NCBI GenBank assembly: GCA_902784345.1 | Contig: CACZUD010000002.1 | Location: 92,409 to 156,408 of the forward strand | Length of the DNA stretch: 64,000 bases | Reading direction: 5' to 3' | Origin: an uncultured Pseudomonadota bacterium | Lineage (GTDB): Bacteria > Pseudomonadota > Alphaproteobacteria > Rs-D84 | Part shown: one piece after another, positions 57,725 through 64,000 of the stretch | How positions within the stretch are numbered: the first letter of the stretch is position 1 | How the letters are laid out: the number at the start of each line of letters is the position of its first letter | The notes under the pieces: generated by a model | What the model was told of the DNA's origin: nothing | What the model saw: the letters and a program-made list of their open reading frames with translations, nothing else | Databases searched by the model: none | Translations under genes and position numbers: made by a program

Positions 57725-57774
57725 AGCACTTGTTTGTTGGCTATTTTCTAAAAATGTGATATAATGTACCTGTT

Positions 57775-58479
57775 ATGAAAAAGACCTTTTTCTTTTGGCT
57801 GTATTTTATAACGTCAATCATTTTGGCGATATATTTTTCAACACGTATTATAACCAGCCTTATGGGGCGCGGACCGGTATCACACATAAAACACATCTCT
57901 ATTCTAAGCGATTCCAAAGATATGGACTTTGAACAAATCCGTATGGCAACAGGAATAACCAATGGAACAAATATAAAATTTGTTGATTTAAGACAAATGA
58001 ACAATCGTATTGCTAAAATTCCGGGAATAAAAAACTCGTCGGTTCGTCGTTTGTCAAATGGCGATTTGGTTATAAAAATAGAAAATTACAAGGTTGCCGC
58101 ACAGTGGAGTGACGGGACAAACTTTTACCCACTATCTGTAGACGGTGTAAAGATAGATAGTCCGTCACCAGAAAGAAATACCAACACCATTGTTTTTCAA
58201 AATGTCAGCAACGACGATTTAAAAAATGTTAATTTAAAAGAAATTATAAGTACTCTTTCTCCTATTGCCAAATACGTTGATCATGTAAACATGATTGAAT
58301 CACGCCGTTGGGATATACACACAAAGAATAATATTACCATATATTTACCAGAAGAAAACCCAGCTGTTGCCATAAACAAAATAAGTCGTTTAAATCAAAC
58401 ACACAAGATATTATCTCGTGATATTAAAGTTATCGATATGCGCGATAATTCAAGAATTTTGGTAAAAACAAGACAATGA
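57775..58479 (+). CDS. ftsQ: cell division protein FtsQ
   Basis: N-terminal TM helix and a POTRA-like segment (HISILSDSKDMDFEQIRMATGI...IKNSSVRRLSNGDLVIKIENY). The stop overlaps the ftsA start as ATGA. Confidence 0.75.
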   Translation: MKKTFFFWLYFITSIILAIYFSTRIITSLMGRGPVSHIKHISILSDSKDMDFEQIRMATGITNGTNIKFVDLRQMNNRIAKIPGIKNSSVRRLSNGDLVIKIENYKVAAQWSDGTNFYPLSVDGVKIDSPSPERNTNTIVFQNVSNDDLKNVNLKEIISTLSPIAKYVDHVNMIESRRWDIHTKNNITIYLPEENPAVAINKISRLNQTHKILSRDIKVIDMRDNSRILVKTRQ

Positions 58480-60260
58480 GATTGGCAAATTCATCTTTTT
58501 TGTGTCTTGATATCGGAACATACGGTGTTCGTGGATTGGCGCACAATATAAGAGACGCAAAGATAGTCCAATCTGTAATGCATTCTGTAAAAAATACTAA
58601 CACAATATTTGCACTTAACAGTGTTATTGATGAACTGGAACAACAATTGGGAACACATTTTGATTCTGCGTTTATCACTGGAAACTTTGGGGCTGCAGAT
58701 TTTAAAACATTCTCTGACATAATGTCTTGGAACGAAGAACATAAAATTAACGAACTGGACCTGCGTCACCAAATTGCAAAAATCGGCGCACCAGAAAATT
58801 TTTATACTATGCACATCGTTCCTGTGTTTTACGGAACCCCGCATATAAAAAACATAAACAACACACCAATCGGGCACATTGATACCAGTTTGAGATCAAT
58901 ATTCAGTGTCATTTCATATGAAAAAGACAGAACTGCTTATATTTCTGATATTTTACGCCGTTCCCATATTCAATCGTCTGGATTTTTAGACCCTGCTTTT
59001 TTGCAAAACGCCGTTTATCGCAAACCAAATGAAAAAGTAATGTTCATTGATTTGGGCAACGAATTTACCAGTGTTTCTATCTGGACTATGCGCGGTCCAT
59101 TATATTTTAACAAGATAAAATTTGGTGGGCACGATATAACCGCTGCAATTGCATCTGGATTAAAAATCGGAATAAATGATGCGGATACATTAAAAATATC
59201 TGTGGCAAGTGCCATCCCTAATGAAATGGACCGGTTTACACCTGCTGATATATCTGAAAAATTTGCTTCTTTTTCACGCGCAGATATAAACGATATTTTT
59301 ATTCCTCAATTAAAAGATCTGATAACTCAAATATACGAACAATCAATCAAATATATAAATCAGTACAAACCTGAAAAAATTGTTCTTACCGGCGGCGGTG
59401 CAACAACAGACAATATTAACACTGTATTTGAAGATATATTTAAAATCCCAGTAGAAAATCTGGGCGACAGCGCAAATATCAACGCTTTGTCTGAATACAT
59501 TTGGAACACTTATCTGCCAGACCGCAATGCATACATACAAAAACAGGAAAAGATTCAAAATATAATCAATAAAATTGCAAATATATTTACAAGAACAAAG
59601 AAAACAAGAAAACAAAAATTCATACCTATAATGCCCAGCACGCTTTGCTTTAATATGGACGATATGACAACATACACTATGTTTGCAAGCGCAGGAATAT
59701 CAATGATTCATGTTGATATAATGGACGGTTTTTATGTTGATAAAATTGCAGGCAGCCTTGGTGAATTAATGAATATTCGTGAAAGAACCAAGGATCATCT
59801 GCACGTACATTTAATGACAGAAAGCCCTTCGGTCTGGGCGCGCGATGTAATAAACGCCGGTGCAGACACTGTTATAATTTCTACAAATACTTCTGGCGTA
59901 AAAAATGCTGTTCAAATAGTGAAAGACGCAGGCAAACGTGTTGGAATCGCCCTTAACCCAGAATCAAACGTTGAAATTTTGATTCCCGTATTAAAACAAA
60001 TTGATGAAGTTATGGTAATGGCCGTAGAACCTGGTGCTGCGGGTCAAGAATTTGATGAAAATGTTTTAAAGAAAATAAAAATTTTAAATAATACCCGCAA
60101 AAAACACGGTCTTAAATATTTAATCAGTGTTGATGGTGGAATCAATCCTGAAACAGCAAAACTTTGTTGGAACGCCGGCGCAGATTTATTGGCCAGTGGT
60201 TCTTACCTTGCAAAATCACATGATTTCCCATTGGCTGTGCAAAGTTTATTAAAGCATTAA
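58476..60260 (+). CDS. ftsA-rpe: in-frame fusion of a divergent FtsA (aa 1 to ~375) and ribulose-phosphate 3-epimerase (aa ~385-594)
   Basis: FtsA part: LCLDIGTYGVRGLA, VLTGGGATT and an amphipathic NIINKIANIF plus basic tail. Rpe part: HVDIMDGFYV, HVHLM, MAVEPGAAGQEF and SVDGGIN. No stop codon separates them. Confidence 0.8.
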   Translation: MRLANSSFLCLDIGTYGVRGLAHNIRDAKIVQSVMHSVKNTNTIFALNSVIDELEQQLGTHFDSAFITGNFGAADFKTFSDIMSWNEEHKINELDLRHQIAKIGAPENFYTMHIVPVFYGTPHIKNINNTPIGHIDTSLRSIFSVISYEKDRTAYISDILRRSHIQSSGFLDPAFLQNAVYRKPNEKVMFIDLGNEFTSVSIWTMRGPLYFNKIKFGGHDITAAIASGLKIGINDADTLKISVASAIPNEMDRFTPADISEKFASFSRADINDIFIPQLKDLITQIYEQSIKYINQYKPEKIVLTGGGATTDNINTVFEDIFKIPVENLGDSANINALSEYIWNTYLPDRNAYIQKQEKIQNIINKIANIFTRTKKTRKQKFIPIMPSTLCFNMDDMTTYTMFASAGISMIHVDIMDGFYVDKIAGSLGELMNIRERTKDHLHVHLMTESPSVWARDVINAGADTVIISTNTSGVKNAVQIVKDAGKRVGIALNPESNVEILIPVLKQIDEVMVMAVEPGAAGQEFDENVLKKIKILNNTRKKHGLKYLISVDGGINPETAKLCWNAGADLLASGSYLAKSHDFPLAVQSLLKH

Positions 60261-60644
60261 TTTACGCCCATCGCCGTTTTGCGTAATATAAATATGAATT
60301 GTGTTTTTCGGCAACATATCTTTTGCAATATCAGGCCATTCAATCAACGTAATATCATTATCGATTGCATACGGCAAACCAATTTCTTCCAATTCAGATA
60401 CGTCCCCAATTCTGTACAAATCAAAATGAGATATCCCATCATAATTTTGAACCAATGTAAAAGTTGGACTTGGCACAACAGTATCTTCCCCGCGCAATGT
60501 TTTTATTATTTCGCGTGCAATTTCACTTTTCCCCATACCTAAATCCCCATGCAAAGCAACTGTTTGTGGCGCATGTAAAGTTTTTGCAAATTCACGCGCC
60601 CATGCACGTGTCTCGGTTACATTATTTAATAAATATTCTTTCAT
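60249..60644 (-). CDS. tsaE: tRNA t6A37 biosynthesis protein TsaE
   Basis: P-loop GDLGMGKSEIAR and SPTFTLVQNY...HFDLYR. The start is taken at MKEYLL, just after the uvrB stop. Confidence 0.85.
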   Translation of the reverse strand: MKEYLLNNVTETRAWAREFAKTLHAPQTVALHGDLGMGKSEIAREIIKTLRGEDTVVPSPTFTLVQNYDGISHFDLYRIGDVSELEEIGLPYAIDNDITLIEWPDIAKDMLPKNTIHIYITQNGDGRKLML

Positions 60645-60645
60645 T

Positions 60646-62655
60646 TTATTCCACCAATAATAAATCGTCTTCCATTGCATGAATCAAATCGCGAACTTGT
60701 GCGGCCTGTTCAAACTCTAAATCTTCGGCATGTTTCTGCATGACCTTGGTAAGTTTTTTAATTTCCTTGCGCAAAGATTCTGCGTCCATAACACCACCGT
60801 CTTTATTATAAACAAATTTTCGTGATTTGTCTGTTTTTTCTTCTTTTTCTTTTACTTCATCAAACACAGATTTTGAAATGGTCTTTGGTGTTATATTGTG
60901 TTCTTTGTTATACGCCATTTGCTTTTCACGTCTGCGTGCGGTTTCATCCAATGCAGCACGCATAGATTCTGTAATTGTATCGCCATATAAAATCACACGA
61001 CCATTTGCATTACGTGCCGCGCGCCCTATTGTTTGAATCAGCGAACGCGTTGAACGCAAGAATCCTTCTTTATCCGCATCCATAATTGCAACCAATTCGC
61101 ATTCTGGAACGTCCAGTCCTTCACGCAACAAATTAATTCCAACCAAAACATCATATTTACCAAGGCGCAAATCACGCAATAAATCTATACGTTCCAGTGT
61201 TTCAATATCAGAATGCAAATACCGCGCACGAACATTATTTTCCACAAAATAATCGGTTAATTGTTCCGCCATTTTCTTAGTAAGAGTTGTTACAATAACG
61301 CGACCTTTGGTCTTTTTAACTTCGTACAACAAATCATCAACCTGATGTTCTGTTGGGCGCACTTCGCATATTGGGTCTAATAAACCAGTTGGACGAATAA
61401 CCTGTTCAGAAACGATTCCGTTTGATTGTTCTAATTCCCATTGTGCCGGTGTCGCAGACACAAAAATCGTCTGGGGACGCAATTCATCCCATTCATCAAA
61501 AGTAAGTGGACGATTATCAACACATGACGGCAAACGGAAACCATATTGCGCAAGTGTTTCTTTACGTGCCCTGTCCCCACGCGACATCGCACCAATTTGT
61601 GGCACAGTAACATGGCTTTCGTCCAAAAACAAAAGCGCATCTTTTGGCAAATATTCAAACAGTGTTGGTGGTGGTTGCCCTGGCAAACGCCCAGTTAAAT
61701 ACCTTGAATAATTTTCAATACCACGACAAGTCCCCGTTGATTCCATCATTTCAATATCAAAATTCACACGTTCGCGCAATCTTTGTTCTTCGACAAACTT
61801 CATATTTTCATTAAAATATTTTAAACGTTCATCTAAATCCTGTCTGATTTGTCCGATTGCCTGTAATACAGACGGCATAGGTGTTGCATAGTGAGTATTT
61901 GGATAAACAACTATTCTATCTAAACGGTGTAATTTTCCACCTGTCAGGGTATCAAATTCCCAAATCTCGTCAATTTCATCACCAAAGAAAGACAATTTCC
62001 ACGCCCTGTCTTGCGAATGTGATGGAAATATATCCAGTGTATCACCACGCGCACGAAAATCACCACGCGCAAAGCCAACATCGTTTCTTTTATATTGAAT
62101 ATCAACAAGGCCACGCATTACATCTTTTTCAGATATTTTATCGCCAGCCTTTAAAACCAGTTTCATTTCACTGTATTGTTCCGGCGAACCAATACCATAA
62201 ATAGACGATACAGATGAAACAACAATAACATCGCGTTCTTCCAACATGGCACGTGTGGCAGAATGGCGCATACGATCCAATTGTTCGTTTATAGATGCGT
62301 CTTTATCAATATAAGTATCCGTTGTTGGAACATAAGCTTCTGGTTGATAATAATCATAAAAAGACACAAAATATTCCACATGGTTGTGCGGAAAGAAAGC
62401 TTTCATTTCCGTATATAACTGTGCCGCCAATATCTTATTAGGCGCCATTATCATTGTTGGTCGCCCAAGATTTTGAATAACGTTCGCCATTGTAAATGTC
62501 TTTCCAGAACCGGTTACACCCAATAAAACCTGCGACTTGCGACCTTCTTTGACACCATTTACTAATTCAGATATCGCCGTTGGTTGGTCCCCCATCGGCG
62601 CAAAATCAGATTCCAAAGAAAAAATACTTTTACTGTCTTTCATTTTTTTATTCAC
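60646..62655 (-). CDS. uvrB: excinuclease ABC subunit B
   Basis: [15 protein letters not shown], helicase motifs and a C-terminal UVR domain ([10 protein letters not shown]). Confidence 0.97.
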   Translation of the reverse strand: MNKKMKDSKSIFSLESDFAPMGDQPTAISELVNGVKEGRKSQVLLGVTGSGKTFTMANVIQNLGRPTMIMAPNKILAAQLYTEMKAFFPHNHVEYFVSFYDYYQPEAYVPTTDTYIDKDASINEQLDRMRHSATRAMLEERDVIVVSSVSSIYGIGSPEQYSEMKLVLKAGDKISEKDVMRGLVDIQYKRNDVGFARGDFRARGDTLDIFPSHSQDRAWKLSFFGDEIDEIWEFDTLTGGKLHRLDRIVVYPNTHYATPMPSVLQAIGQIRQDLDERLKYFNENMKFVEEQRLRERVNFDIEMMESTGTCRGIENYSRYLTGRLPGQPPPTLFEYLPKDALLFLDESHVTVPQIGAMSRGDRARKETLAQYGFRLPSCVDNRPLTFDEWDELRPQTIFVSATPAQWELEQSNGIVSEQVIRPTGLLDPICEVRPTEHQVDDLLYEVKKTKGRVIVTTLTKKMAEQLTDYFVENNVRARYLHSDIETLERIDLLRDLRLGKYDVLVGINLLREGLDVPECELVAIMDADKEGFLRSTRSLIQTIGRAARNANGRVILYGDTITESMRAALDETARRREKQMAYNKEHNITPKTISKSVFDEVKEKEEKTDKSRKFVYNKDGGVMDAESLRKEIKKLTKVMQKHAEDLEFEQAAQVRDLIHAMEDDLLLVE

Positions 62656-62699
62656 ATACCTTAATATAATTCATTATAATGAAAATACAAGGAAAGAGA

Positions 62700-64000
62700 A
62701 TGATGCCTACAAAACAAAAACACACAAACAAGTTTTTACTGTTTTTATTATCTTTTATAGCAATATTCGTTTTAGCACTGGTTATTGTTCCGCCAATGGT
62801 AACACTGAACAGTATGAAACCAAAGATAGAAGCCGCCATATTAGCAAAAACAGGCATTCAAACAAAAATACATGGCAACGTAAATTTCAGTTTAATGGGC
62901 AGCGCTTCAATTATTGCACATAACATCAGCATACCGAACGGGGTTGTTTCTTCTGTTCAGTTTAAAATACCACTTTTAGACATATTCAATATACAAAAAG
63001 CAAACATATCAGGTGATATATATGTGAACGGCGCATCACTTCATGTTGAAAAAATCACTCCTTTTGATATAAATAATAAAATCATCGTTAATAATTCAAA
63101 AATACACTTCCTTAACAAAGAATACAAAATAGTACATGCAGATTTTTCAAAAAATGATACCACCGCCTTTATCCGTACAGACCAACATAAATACGAAATA
63201 AAATCAACGAATAACGATTTTATTATAAAGAACAAAAATAACAATTTGATTTTGAATGGCAAACTTTTAAAAAATGGTTCTGCGCATGCTCACATCGGTA
63301 TAATCGCACAAGACATAAACAAATGGTTTGAATTCAAAACACCACGCATAACAGGAAAATTTCCTATAACTGCAGATGTTTATTGGGATGGCGGATACGG
63401 AATAAAATTTGATAATATATCTGCACAAGATGTTCATGGAAGTGTTGAATTCAGAGACGATGGATATAAAATAGTCAAATTAAAATCTAATAATGCTAAC
63501 TACAATATGTCTTTTATTTTAAAAGATCCTTACATTCTAAAAGATGCATCATTTGATTTAGATTTTTATGGTAACATCCAATTTGGCAACAGAATTTTTA
63601 AACATTTAAAAATTATTACACATGGTCAAAAAGACAAAATAATCATAGAAAGCATCATCGCAGACGATATAAATATCAAAGGCGGATATATTGATGCAGA
63701 TGGCGCACACGATGTTCATATATCTGGACTTTTATCTGGTCTGCACACAACATGTCTTTTCAATGGAACCCCAACAAATTGGTATTGTAAAGAATATTCA
63801 CATGGGAACAACATTACATCTGTTTTTTCAGTCAAAAACGATGTGATTAATGCAGATGTTTATTCTACAGCCGTTTACGCAGACATGAAACCTTTTGTTG
63901 TTACAATCAGAAAACTGGCATCCAGCGGTGAAGTCAGATTTTATTATCCTGATATGGATGGAACTTTACATCTAAAAAAAGACAGTTATACCGTAGATTA
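62700..64000 (+). CDS. AsmA-family protein, 3'-truncated by the window end
   Basis: Hand-translated open frame: MMPTKQKHTNKFLLFLLSFIAIFVLALVIVPPMVTLNSMKPKIEAAILAKTGIQTKIHGNVNFSL... An N-terminal TM helix plus an AsmA-like start, with no stop before base 64000. Not in the ORF track. Confidence 0.55.
   Translation, partial: MMPTKQKHTNKFLLFLLSFIAIFVLALVIVPPMVTLNSMKPKIEAAILAKTGIQTKIHGNVNFSLMGSASIIAHNISIPNGVVSSVQFKIPLLDIFNIQKANISGDIYVNGASLHVEKITPFDINNKIIVNNSKIHFLNKEYKIVHADFSKNDTTAFIRTDQHKYEIKSTNNDFIIKNKNNNLILNGKLLKNGSAHAHIGIIAQDINKWFEFKTPRITGKFPITADVYWDGGYGIKFDNISAQDVHGSVEFRDDGYKIVKLKSNNANYNMSFILKDPYILKDASFDLDFYGNIQFGNRIFKHLKIITHGQKDKIIIESIIADDINIKGGYIDADGAHDVHISGLLSGLHTTCLFNGTPTNWYCKEYSHGNNITSVFSVKNDVINADVYSTAVYADMKPFVVTIRKLASSGEVRFYYPDMDGTLHLKKDSYTVD

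Noticed and set aside
1-64000. CRISPR arrays, rRNA genes, IS transposases, integrases and prophage structural genes
   Set aside because: None were seen. There are no regularly spaced direct repeats and no ORF with DDE transposase or phage-type hallmarks. The only tyrosine recombinase is the housekeeping XerD.

Overview
This is an AT-rich, densely coded bacterial chromosome segment. All calls come from motif and architecture recognition on the supplied translations; no homology search was run. Gene content and order look alphaproteobacterial, and the in-frame gene fusions, overlapping genes and a broken addB suggest a reduced, host-associated lineage (inference). Supporting markers are an alpha-type AddB, a DUF721/DciA-like gene, an RHH_4-type small protein, mltA next to secB, and divergent rsmI/lpoA. 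Most of the window is housekeeping: rarA, ftsK, secDF-yajC, mutL, greA, xerD, trxB, serS, typA, recA, ruvC, ruvA, secB, yebC, mnmE, xthA, engB, rsmI, lolCD, ftsQ, ftsA, tsaE and uvrB, plus tRNA-Gly and tRNA-Tyr. No rRNA, CRISPR array, transposase or integrase was seen. I cannot name one definite novel system. The strongest candidates are: (1) a tightly coupled four-gene cassette at 11-1644 with a degenerate colicin/HNH-like motif, a possible SUKH-like partner and an RHH protein; (2) an 18-bp duplication of the tRNA-Tyr 3' end, followed by an acyltransferase-3, a TfoX-like gene and small Cys-rich membrane proteins, which looks like an island remnant; (3) two families of GC-rich palindromic intergenic repeats with compensatory stem changes; (4) two in-frame fusions, FtsA-Rpe and YbeY-Lnt; (5) an orphan lipoprotein with secretin-like architecture beside lolCD; (6) three tandem acyl-CoA/ACP synthetase paralogs; (7) a seven-gene glycosyltransferase island between typA and recA with internal duplications.
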